From: an uncultured virus (IMG/VR IMGVR_UViG_3300025326_000022)
Lineage: Duplodnaviria; Heunggongvirae; Uroviricota; Caudoviricetes
Direction: 5' to 3' (one strand)
IMG/VR virus record: IMGVR_UViG_3300025326_000022
Length of the DNA: 20,000 nucleotides
Positions 9,401 to 16,644 of the stretch are shown here, in pieces; position 1 is the first letter of the stretch; the number at the start of each line of letters is the position of its first letter. A program made the position numbers and the translations under genes. The notes beneath the pieces were generated by a model, which was given only the letters and a program-made list of their open reading frames with translations, did no database searches and had not been told where the DNA came from.

Positions 9401-11461
9401 GATGAAGGCGAGGAACTGGCCACCCACCAGGCCCTCCACCAGGGTGTAGCTCTCGGGGAAAATCGAGGCCCTGTAGGCGAAGATCTTGTTGGTACCCGAG
9501 GGGCTGTTCGACGCAATCAAATGGGACTGCCGGAGTTCAATGTTCTCCGCAATCTTGACGAACGACCCCGCGGCCCCCGAGGGAGAATTCGAGGTGTAGA
9601 TATCGACCGTGTGGTTGGGCACCGGGGTGTCGCTCGGCTGGACTATCCAGACCTCCAGGTCGGTCACGACGTAATCGCCACCACCGGTGTGATGGATCAT
9701 GGCACCGGCCGCGTGGGCCCCGCTGAAGAAGATGCGCTCTATATTCGCAGAGGTGGTTATGACACTCTGGAATACTACCTTGTAGTACGAGTGGATACCG
9801 CTCGAAAAGCCGTCTGGTTCAACACGAAGCAATACTTTTGGGCCTAAGGATTCAACCACCTGCAGATCTTTAGGACCTCCATACGGTATCCAACTGGATG
9901 GTCCAGGATCCCCACTATCTGAGTAGTATACTTTTACGGCATTGACTAGAGACGAAGGAACCGCGTCCATCACGAACCGAAGATCTTCAATATTTACACT
10001 CGACGGCACCGCGTTAAACAAAGGCCTGATCACCACTTGAAGACGCTCTGTTCCATCGCTAGGGTTTATCAACCCGCCACCGGTCAAAATTATTTCATCA
10101 TTCAGCGGTTGTACGAAACTCGCTTGCCCATCCATATCGTTAGCTGGCAGGTCGTATCTACCTCGGTATGTTGCGATCCTGATGTCTTCGAAATCGGCGA
10201 ACGGGATCCCGGCGGTCCCTTGGAACCAATGGATATTCTCCAGTTCCCCGAACTCAAGTTTCAACGGGTTGCCGGATTTCGGAATATCGAACCGATGGTT
10301 GTGCCCGATGGCCCAGTGGCGTGCTTTGTATCGGTTCACCAGGTAGTGAAAGTTTTCATTCGTATCGGTCGGTAGGTTGAACTCCTCGGTGAACTGGATC
10401 AAAGATCCTTGAGAGTACCCATCAGGCCCAGGCAACGCCGCGATCTCGACCACCTGGTAGCGACCCACCGAGATGCCGTCCCCCGGGAACCCCGCAGCCG
10501 TGGATGCGTTGAGCCCGATGACCAACTTGTCCCCCACGGCCAACGGGTCACCCAGGCCCCCGGGCCATGCGGTCGCAAGGCTAAGCTCGTTATGCGCGGG
10601 CGTCGTGAGCTTGACGACCGCCGGGGGATTGCTGAATAGCGCTGGAAGATCAATCCCCGAGATGGGGTCGTCGATCACGATCCCTTCGATCGAAGCATCG
10701 ACCTGAGCTTTCCCCAGGATGTCGACCAACTGGCCAGCGGATGTTGGGCCAGCGGCCAAGTTGTTCAATGAAGTCACCGCCACCGTGTTGGGCACCGGGG
10801 CCACGGCCTTGAATTTATCCGCTACCGTGGCGCCGATGTCATTATTGATCGCATACGCTACATCGTAGTACGTAGCGGCTGTCTTGTACCTGACCTCCAG
10901 GATGTCGGGCGACCCATTGGTGAACGCTATCGTCACCGGATCAGGCAGGGGCAAGAAAGCATTGTCAAGTACGAAAATGATCTGACAGGCGTCCGTGTAG
11001 GTGTCGAGTGTTCGGATTTGAAGAACGAACGGATTTGCATCCGTGATCGAACCGGCGTCACGGTAGACCGTGTAGGCCCCCTCGACAGCCTGCTGGTAGG
11101 TTGAGTTCTCGCCCGGTTGGAACACATCGGCCAAGGTCGCGGGGGTATCGTCGACCGACACACCCGAGTACATGGTGAGCCCATCGCCGGGTGGCTGTAG
11201 AATATTGAACTGGTTGTACGGAGCCGTGACCCCCACTTCCTTGCGAGCCGCCTTGGTCACGGCCTTGCGGAAGATGGCGAACACCTGGTTGTACAGAGCA
11301 TCCAATTGTTCCGCGACCGCGTAGGCCCCCCGGTTGATCGTCTCGGCCGCCATGGGCTCGGCACGACCGAGCAGCCGGGTATCCGGCGGACTCCCCTGGG
11401 GTCCCGTGGTGGCGACCGGGAGGTTACCGAGCAGTAGTTCTTTTGGGCGCCTGACAATCAT
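3401..11461 (-). CDS. Giant tail fibre/tailspike (receptor-binding protein) with two right-handed beta-helix (pectin-lyase-like) regions (2686 aa)
   Basis: Uninterrupted ORF. N-terminal fibre-anchor-like motif AEPMAAETINRGAYAVAEQLDAL. Two beta-helix cap motifs (TIEAAVAALLPVDGGVISFKPGVY; AQNAINTALRDL...KGGSIVLLEGTYNI), each followed by stacked I.NC.F / V..C.F / I.GN.F rungs. Last gene of the baseplate block. Confidence 0.8.
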   Translation of the reverse strand: MIVRRPKELLLGNLPVATTGPQGSPPDTRLLGRAEPMAAETINRGAYAVAEQLDALYNQVFAIFRKAVTKAARKEVGVTAPYNQFNILQPPGDGLTMYSGVSVDDTPATLADVFQPGENSTYQQAVEGAYTVYRDAGSITDANPFVLQIRTLDTYTDACQIIFVLDNAFLPLPDPVTIAFTNGSPDILEVRYKTAATYYDVAYAINNDIGATVADKFKAVAPVPNTVAVTSLNNLAAGPTSAGQLVDILGKAQVDASIEGIVIDDPISGIDLPALFSNPPAVVKLTTPAHNELSLATAWPGGLGDPLAVGDKLVIGLNASTAAGFPGDGISVGRYQVVEIAALPGPDGYSQGSLIQFTEEFNLPTDTNENFHYLVNRYKARHWAIGHNHRFDIPKSGNPLKLEFGELENIHWFQGTAGIPFADFEDIRIATYRGRYDLPANDMDGQASFVQPLNDEIILTGGGLINPSDGTERLQVVIRPLFNAVPSSVNIEDLRFVMDAVPSSLVNAVKVYYSDSGDPGPSSWIPYGGPKDLQVVESLGPKVLLRVEPDGFSSGIHSYYKVVFQSVITTSANIERIFFSGAHAAGAMIHHTGGGDYVVTDLEVWIVQPSDTPVPNHTVDIYTSNSPSGAAGSFVKIAENIELRQSHLIASNSPSGTNKIFAYRASIFPESYTLVEGLVGGQFLAFIVKEAGVATSQRIIKAWLAESQCQENASHIGSFIGDSLGGAGSSYINPLHPSGFEGATNKFRLITNVDIVGLPGPVANPQIDFGFGSYAKFGELSPDSLRAASGSFGDAGFLGAKLAEVMGEPVSSTVPPERSLIGLENRLREISIITVGLGVTNSFGQFNVSDYPTVNATIEAAVAALLPVDGGVISFKPGVYGDLSSLVTNFVDNHIRINRDNVVLRAEALGSVTIKLRHSPSVARGFCLKLNGSNLGVQDIRFDSDAPAAADASPFLDLENAVWISAPQQLAGPATRPLDGTDDYTDVSIHNCEFAGFTRVRIGTPDISSAFITSAKLSGVRITNCDFDATSDSDPVAVNVSYSSLMVNPTVTRISDLVVSDCRLSGEFVSPVTKAIRIAAATRVAIQRIRGVVKLYWSNTLTLSDSSVFNLYARGVQRFTSTDSEFYTLASGNVPAITLDGYAGRKCSGVVFHACTIATVQGFASGLTQGTLDVMYTDGLIVSECNIESVGNASPSQKDHYGVTLRTAVTSAVFQSCGFVGNRVMLNTDTGVNSKIAIRGCQVVHFSSEPVTSPGTHGVFSFVNVNNLYIGHISAAPGEMSSANPDRLIRLESCNHFTIEAAEARDKGSIHLLNCTFGIVANCRLTNSLSNPGCAVTKTTSSRIFQVGNITSDGGGIVLPDGARYRSEEPSGTSLPLADGKEILKYGDGVTYGSFRVWKAGHKILITQNVKSFTEAGGLLIGANVITKEINAQASTTLVLGVGSEVLEVYGSRGGDATAQSLVSSITTGGAGLLSLLPSWALSLLSGMNSPLLAFLKTVVASVGGASGKPGIVLEQFTDAVVLSVNLQSDTGQTGRSNSWDNAFWSKKDTSKAAFAFILTLASNAGDSPPSTTARFAVVASGERTTTGSLSTSVRFTFDTTGNGVGRFLASNGGIIRAALETVGTILQRGIGSDVAARHFDSDSSPLLSFKEWSTVKFPNASTGATTEFYRWALTNNVNYDSANLRWGINTNIHTTFTEALALAVGGEGHLFALYRLTAGETTTLRAAPGYIAATGTPGTQTWRMVFAITTSGTIVQGSPGSSAVIGAIPLFKFMSFFRQWQDVSLPRPNAPGSSDSFSLVFTHNVDYNDTGPVWVGKSTLDTRFGSNAYAMALLSPNFLFAIYALKSASDSIAGRSVPVTGTPGGATGTWRPIFWMDYGGSIQFTKNDLPGIPETVAAVSDVSVPATFVIAAPDSVNIGRADYVATSSAQNAINTALRDLEAESPGGPTNPKGGSIVLLEGTYNITDVIKIGVSGQIPCRHIKFIGQGRGSTKIVVNSTHSIPNNGSIFVNENTSSGPLVVEFEDLTIEGASVVESANTVYATGSGSWSVANTFMSPQISNGSLYAGKRLVVSSGSGSVRALNGEFTILGGGVGYVVVTSPGVADATKLYPGGPLSFPTVGTLPFSIVDAGLLQATATHSAFDLSASNYGGAPHKIAVRRCAVEKVKYGFNTKLSDAEFSDTAFRWCTEAALYSGAASDGLISGTLTPPTRIRGCQFRSCSWAESATSNKYVIIATNLQLQSCTFGSNGLESLYSPGMIVDRWAPGLVAGSFVSAWGCQADAGYYGFVGVVLKISNCQFRYDVYPGSLVALPQGFGEAVIKCIGSGFPAYASVRDCEFTGVVKSKAIELVSVESAVVSGCTFRPDTTLDSSDYWGSFSGDTLIRAELSTVSIKDSTFTSPRLQHVLLVECSDCDIRGNVFDGPNDNTGLYTGFSSCVELTGTASFVSRRNRIIENSFIGLDSTFKAIRLANYNDMIQVRNNVGDGSFDRGVQVEDTDSQPAAVVVGNRFGIPLNKQVTNASGANFHTSVLTGDEFRKVHEVTLASAIASSAVATFIFSDLVGTFKIPDNTLPSTGMYLLLLYLDTSTPNIINNPGVFEVQVLDDSERIVGETEWGVGTSGPVSEPFDGVVIPVTFYVSSTTVEYLVRISNMSIFDSPYPGFAIGTKLKVYRMESMVGVMDSGSLN
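5815..6529 (-). repeat. Tandem diverged ~110-115 aa protein repeat (2 copies) inside the tail fibre
   Basis: Copy 1 (~6529-6198): SFKEWSTVKFP..LTNNVNYD..W..ALALA..LFALY.L..TGTPG..TWRMVF..SGTI. Copy 2 (~6158-5815): FFRQWQDVSLP..FTHNVDYN..W..AYAMA..LFAIY.L..TGTPG..TWRPIF..GGSI. Confidence 0.85.
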
Positions 11462-11468
11462 GAATCCC

Positions 11469-12194
11469 CTAGGTACGGAGCCGCCAGGTCAGGCGGAATT
11501 TGAATCCTCTGGTTTTCTCCAACGGTTTGTTCCGTGTCTTCCGCGCCACAATGATGGCGGTCTCGCGGGACAACCGGACACGATCAAAATCAGGTCCTGA
11601 GATCAAAAATGATGTATCGTCAGTCGCGTCCCCACCCCCGAGGTAGAGCCCATACTCCATGATGTTGCCAATGTACTCGTCCGAGTCAACGGTGAACCTG
11701 AACTTGATCTCCGAGCCCCCGCCACCAATATCCTGAAACGCGATCCCATCGATGTCCACTTCTTTGAACAGATAAAAGCTGTTGATCGGGCTCACGAGCG
11801 TATGCTTCTCGCTCGGGCCGCTGGGTGTCAGGGGGATCCGGCGGATCGGGCCCTGGAGTCCTTGCTTTGCATCCTCGTCGTCGGTAAATAGACCGCCGAG
11901 CAGCCGGGTGCGGCCATCCTCCGGATCCTCTGGCTTGACCGTCGGGGTCGGGACAGCCCCGTCGCCGATTCCAATTCCCAACAGCGCGATCCGGCGGTCC
12001 AGCCAACTGTTGTTGCCCGAGGAGTTGTCCGTCCGGCCCGTCACGATCCGGGGGGCCAGGAGGCGGGGCAGATATTGCCGAAAATTATTGAGCACCAGGT
12101 TGAAACCTTGGGACTCGAGAGCCACGAGGTTCCCCTGGAGATCAAGCTGCTCGATCTCGACAAAACCAGTGAACGGTGGAATCGTGGCCTTCAT
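11469..12194 (-). CDS. Tail-collar / tail-fibre attachment protein (DUF3751-like) (241 aa)
   Basis: G.VEI...NLVLNNFRQYL, LGIGIGDG, EIKFRFTV..DEYIGNIMEYGLY and IVARKTRNKPLEKTRGFKFRLTWRL match the family typically found between baseplate wedge and tail fibre genes. Confidence 0.7.
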   Translation of the reverse strand: MKATIPPFTGFVEIEQLDLQGNLVALESQGFNLVLNNFRQYLPRLLAPRIVTGRTDNSSGNNSWLDRRIALLGIGIGDGAVPTPTVKPEDPEDGRTRLLGGLFTDDEDAKQGLQGPIRRIPLTPSGPSEKHTLVSPINSFYLFKEVDIDGIAFQDIGGGGSEIKFRFTVDSDEYIGNIMEYGLYLGGGDATDDTSFLISGPDFDRVRLSRETAIIVARKTRNKPLEKTRGFKFRLTWRLRT

Positions 12195-12210
12195 GCAAGT
12201 GGATCGGGTT

Positions 12211-12219
12211 ATTCTAGCA
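12211..12219 (-). promoter_or_regulatory. Candidate extended -10 promoter element TGCTAGAAT
   Basis: Located in the 27-nt gap upstream of the 241-aa gene and matches TGnTAnAAT. No -35 match and no SD before ATG 12194. Confidence 0.35.
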
Positions 12220-12221
12220 CG

Positions 12222-15200
12222 CTAGAGGCACACGACAGTATAGGATACACCCGTCTCAATAACCAGTGTCCCAATGGCCAGCACGAGGGTATCGTTCAAT
12301 TGATCCGTCGTCTCGATGGCCAGGACTTGGAATACCCCGGTGTTGGCCGGCAGGCCCACGAGATCCATGTAGTCCCCCTGGGTTGCCCCCACGTCCGCGA
12401 CCGACCTGACCCCCATGTTGTACCAATCGACCGGTGACTTGAACCTCGAGGCCGAGATCACGTCCCCCTGGCCGATCCCAACCCCCTCGGCCGCCTGGCC
12501 CGGGATGACGACCTGACCATCATACTCGAACGATACCCTGACGACATCACCAAGCGCCAGGGTATAGCTGGTGTTCTCCATGACCGCCACCTCCCCGGGG
12601 CCACAGGGAAGCAGGATCTCGATATCGACCGCATCTTCGACCGACCGGATATCGTCGGCTTTCAAGTTGTACCCAAGGTTCACCCTCGAGACCCTCGAGA
12701 CCGCGGGGACCTGTGGGTTGGCACTGTAGGGCAGCGGTGCCCTCAGGAGCCGGTACTGAATCCCCGTGACCGTGGCGCCGAACACCAGGGCCTCGAGACT
12801 CCCGTTCACCAGAATCCTCGAGACCGTGACAAACTGGCTCCCGACCGACGTGACGACCAGGACGTCACCCTCCCGGATCCCCAGGATATCGCGATCCACT
12901 GGACCGGCGAACTCCTCGATGAACAACCAGTCCCCCGGGACCACGGTCCCCCGGATCGTATACGGCACCCCAAGCTGCGATAGCTCAAGGGCAGGGGCGT
13001 CGGCCAACAGTAACTTGGTACTGGAGAGCACCTGGGCGATAGCCCGGGGGACCAGGGGGGTCCCGACCTCGATGGTATCACCAGGCCGCACGGACGAAAA
13101 ATCGGCCAACAAGTCCTCCACCACGTTGGGCGCCAGGGTGTCGGCCCCCAACCCCGTGATGAAGACCGCGGGGGTCCCGGCCAATAGGCTCGGGATCACG
13201 AAATTGGGGCTGCCGATCAATACCTCGCCATCGGCCCCCTGGGCCACGGGGAACTCGACCCTGGGGAACTGGTAATCGAGGTAGAAGGTACCGAATTGAG
13301 ACCCATTGGCGATGGCCACCTGGTAGGGCTGGCCCGTCCGGAGATCATTGTACTGGGACCCCGGGACTTCCAGCAACCCGACGACACGGTAGGGTTCAGG
13401 AAGCAGGACATCGGGATCCGGGGGATCCGTGACGGCCTGGAGATCCCGCCGGACCGTCAGGCCATCGTCCAGCTCGATCTCGGCATCGAACTCCAGCCCC
13501 GGTTCCCCGGGGCCCGAGGCATCGACCGGCAGGACGATCAACCGCTCGGACTCCAGGAAGGGCCCCCCCTCGGTCCCCACGAGCGGCTCGATATCCGGCC
13601 CAGGGTACGTGAAGAGCCCTCGGTACGTCCCCTCGGCCATCTGGAGGTCTTGTGACCCATTGGTCTCAGTCAGCAGGATAGTGGAATTCATCCCCTTGCT
13701 CGCCGCGGTCTCGATACAAAGGCGCCGCGGCGGTGTAGCGAATGGTGGAAAATCTCGTGTGTCGACCCTCAGGAACTGGAGCTTCGGGATCGCCCCCGGG
13801 ATCTTGGATTCCCCGTTTAGAAAGAAAAGCGCATCCACAAGATCCTCTGGCTGAACAAACGGCGCTAAGAATGGGTCCACAGCAGGCTCGATACCAACAA
13901 TTACCGAAACTTCAGGAAAATAATCGGCCTTGATGACCAAGGTAGCGCCGGGTCGTACCAGGTACCCGCCCACAGGGAAGAAGGAACTCATGGCCCCGTT
14001 GTATACCGCTGGTCTCGTGACCTCGTAGAGCAGTGGCCCCCCGTTGGTCACGAAGGGCCGGAACGTCGGGTTGATCTCCAGGGTCGTGGGACTCGTGACC
14101 TCGGATACCTGGTAGTTACCAAACAGTGGACCCAGCAGAATCGTCAGGACATCGCCCGGCCTGACGCCCGTGGCCGTGAAGGTCGTGGGACCCGCGAGCG
14201 TGGGGTCGGAAAACAGCAATGGGGCCGTGGTGGCTCCACCGGTTCCACTCTGGATCAAGTTGAACTCCAGGAACGCAGGGTCAGGATCTCCAAACCCCCC
14301 GACCTCGATGCCCGTGAGGCTCTGGCCTTCCTGGAGGTCGAACAATCCTTCTACCTCCTGGATCGTCAAGGCACCGAACATCTGGTACCCCAGGGTCGCG
14401 GGCTCCGGGGTCGTGAGGATGTAGGGGGTGCAGACAACCGCCGGATCACTCGAATCCCCAATGAACACTCGCCGTGGGTCCCCCGTGGTTGGATCCAGCA
14501 GAGCCACACGGCTCTCGTTCCCCTCGACCACCAGGGTATCGAGGTTATCCCCCCGGGCCACCACGAAGAAACGGTCGCCGATGGGTCTGATACGATCCAG
14601 GAATGCCTCGACCTCGATGATGATGGCGGGGTCGACGAGCCGGTCATCGATCTCGACTTCGAAGTAGTGGTATTTCTGTAATTCGTGGAGATTGCCATCC
14701 TGTTGGTGCTGATACCACCAGCCCCGCTGGACCACCAGGTCCCGGACCGTAACGCCACTGGACAACGCGGTCATGGAGGCCACGTAGTCACCGCGTTGAA
14801 ATATCTTCCCCGTCCTGGGGTTAACCCCTGGGCCCACAGGCTCTTTGAATGTGTAGCGGACCCCATCGATATCGATGAAATTGTCCACCGAGGTGTCGCT
14901 CGTAACAAAACCCTCTACCAAACTGATGGGGAGTCCAAGGAATGCCTGGACGCCCTTCCGGATACTCTCGAGCTGGGCCCCGCTCCACAGGGCGTTCCAG
15001 ATCGCGATGGTCCGGTTCTTCATCTCGAGGCTGTCGGGTCCCGTGACCCCCGCGAGCAATCCATAGGTCGTCTCGATCCGGCGGGTCGAGTACCCCACGT
15101 ACTCCGCCACCATGATGTCGTCGATCCCCACGTCCGCCAAGCTGTTGAACCTCAGGATCCCGGGCTCAAGGGTGTAGTTGGACCCGATCTCCAGGACCTT

Positions 15201-16643
15201 GGTGGCCTGCTCGTACTTGTCATACAGGGCCGGGAGTTCCGCGATCCTTTGGTCAAGGTTGAACCGGAAAAACTTGGTATTGCGGAAGAACGCGAGTGAC
15301 CCTACGGCACCCTCCAACGAGTAGATCCCGAAGGCGCCGAACTCACGATCTGACCTATGGTCGAACCCCTGGGACAAGACTTCGGCCCCGTCGATCAACA
15401 CCTTGATCAACCCGTTGCCGACATCGACCCTGTAGGTGTGGAAGTCCTCGAAGTGAAACGTCGTCAGGTCATCCAAGGGATTGATCGTGCCCTCCAGGAT
15501 CTTGACCGCCTGGAGCGATTCGTACAGCCCGAGGGTGTCGGATGTCACGAGCCACAGGCCCGGGGCCTCGGACCCCGAGGCCGCGGCCCAGGTGATCGAT
15601 AATTTCGAAGTCGTCTGCTGAACTCGGAAAGGCATGAATGGAGGTGCGCCCGACTGGAAGGTGAATTGTGCATCGAGCGACAGGGGCCGGATCTTAATCC
15701 AATCGCCTTGATTGAACGGCACCCCCGAGGTACTGAACTGGAGACTGTATTCGCCTAACGCCACGTTGGTCAGTTCCACAGGCCCCTGGGTCGTGAGGAG
15801 TTCATAACTGTCTTGGAAATTCGTGGGGGAACGGTACACGTGGAACAACCGATCCCCTGGGCCCGGGGGTGTACTGAGGAGCAATGACACCGATCCGTAG
15901 CTACCTTCGGGTACCTGGACTGCCGCTTGCCCGCCCTCCAGTGTGGTGCTGGGCAACAACCTGGGTGCCACGACCGCGAGGTTCTCCTGGTTGGAGAACG
16001 CGAACCCCGCGGCCAAGATCCCGGTCGGTGAGATCACCTCGGGGAGCGCGAACCCCACCTTGACGATCGTGTCGGACCCCACCAACGTGACCACGGGGAC
16101 GAACTCGGTACCCGCGATCTTGCCAAACACCAGGGCAACCGACGAGGCTCGAGCACGCACGCCCTCCCCGTCGTAGTACCCCACGGCCACGGCATCGCCC
16201 TGGGGACCCAGGCGGGTCAACCGCATGTCAAACGAGAAATCGAACACCTGGGCATGAGGTACAGGAGGGTCGAGTTCAAAATGCAGAGCCTCGAGATTTC
16301 GATACAGTCCCTCGATCCTCGCGATCCCGTGGTCAAGATGGTGTGGGGTCGTGCGGCCCGATGGATATACCGAGACGAGGCCGTCTGCATCCTGGTCTTT
16401 GAACCCCAGGACTTTCCGCACCTCGATGGGGCGCCACTTCTTGACCTCAAACGGATTGATCGACAGGATGCCGGTCGCGGCCTCGACCTGTAGAATGTTG
16501 AGGTATTCGTCCGATGCCCCGCGGATCAACCCACGCCAATACTCCGCAAGGAAATCTCGATCGTCCTGCGGGAGCTTATCCCAAATCTTGGACAAAAACT
16601 TGAAGAACGAAGACTCAACCGAGGACCCAAAGATCTTAGGCAT
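12222..16643 (-). CDS. Baseplate wedge protein (P2 gpI / T4 gp7-like core) with accessory domains (1473 aa)
   Basis: SD AGGAG 7 nt before ATG. TYGLLAGV..MKNRTIAIWNALWSGAQLESIRKGVQAFLGLP (~15070-14930) and YFEVEID..EVEAFLDRIRPIGDRF (~14670-14565) resemble gpI-type wedge motifs. Lies between the J-like and collar genes. Confidence 0.65.
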   Translation of the reverse strand: MPKIFGSSVESSFFKFLSKIWDKLPQDDRDFLAEYWRGLIRGASDEYLNILQVEAATGILSINPFEVKKWRPIEVRKVLGFKDQDADGLVSVYPSGRTTPHHLDHGIARIEGLYRNLEALHFELDPPVPHAQVFDFSFDMRLTRLGPQGDAVAVGYYDGEGVRARASSVALVFGKIAGTEFVPVVTLVGSDTIVKVGFALPEVISPTGILAAGFAFSNQENLAVVAPRLLPSTTLEGGQAAVQVPEGSYGSVSLLLSTPPGPGDRLFHVYRSPTNFQDSYELLTTQGPVELTNVALGEYSLQFSTSGVPFNQGDWIKIRPLSLDAQFTFQSGAPPFMPFRVQQTTSKLSITWAAASGSEAPGLWLVTSDTLGLYESLQAVKILEGTINPLDDLTTFHFEDFHTYRVDVGNGLIKVLIDGAEVLSQGFDHRSDREFGAFGIYSLEGAVGSLAFFRNTKFFRFNLDQRIAELPALYDKYEQATKVLEIGSNYTLEPGILRFNSLADVGIDDIMVAEYVGYSTRRIETTYGLLAGVTGPDSLEMKNRTIAIWNALWSGAQLESIRKGVQAFLGLPISLVEGFVTSDTSVDNFIDIDGVRYTFKEPVGPGVNPRTGKIFQRGDYVASMTALSSGVTVRDLVVQRGWWYQHQQDGNLHELQKYHYFEVEIDDRLVDPAIIIEVEAFLDRIRPIGDRFFVVARGDNLDTLVVEGNESRVALLDPTTGDPRRVFIGDSSDPAVVCTPYILTTPEPATLGYQMFGALTIQEVEGLFDLQEGQSLTGIEVGGFGDPDPAFLEFNLIQSGTGGATTAPLLFSDPTLAGPTTFTATGVRPGDVLTILLGPLFGNYQVSEVTSPTTLEINPTFRPFVTNGGPLLYEVTRPAVYNGAMSSFFPVGGYLVRPGATLVIKADYFPEVSVIVGIEPAVDPFLAPFVQPEDLVDALFFLNGESKIPGAIPKLQFLRVDTRDFPPFATPPRRLCIETAASKGMNSTILLTETNGSQDLQMAEGTYRGLFTYPGPDIEPLVGTEGGPFLESERLIVLPVDASGPGEPGLEFDAEIELDDGLTVRRDLQAVTDPPDPDVLLPEPYRVVGLLEVPGSQYNDLRTGQPYQVAIANGSQFGTFYLDYQFPRVEFPVAQGADGEVLIGSPNFVIPSLLAGTPAVFITGLGADTLAPNVVEDLLADFSSVRPGDTIEVGTPLVPRAIAQVLSSTKLLLADAPALELSQLGVPYTIRGTVVPGDWLFIEEFAGPVDRDILGIREGDVLVVTSVGSQFVTVSRILVNGSLEALVFGATVTGIQYRLLRAPLPYSANPQVPAVSRVSRVNLGYNLKADDIRSVEDAVDIEILLPCGPGEVAVMENTSYTLALGDVVRVSFEYDGQVVIPGQAAEGVGIGQGDVISASRFKSPVDWYNMGVRSVADVGATQGDYMDLVGLPANTGVFQVLAIETTDQLNDTLVLAIGTLVIETGVSYTVVCL

Positions 16644-16644
16644 C

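Noticed and set aside
12682..12702. Tandem CCCTCGAGA repeat (similar at ~603-618) and frequent TCGA/GATC
   Set aside because: Within coding sequence (VSRVSRV; LETLE) and explained by codon preference; no count was possible to show enrichment.
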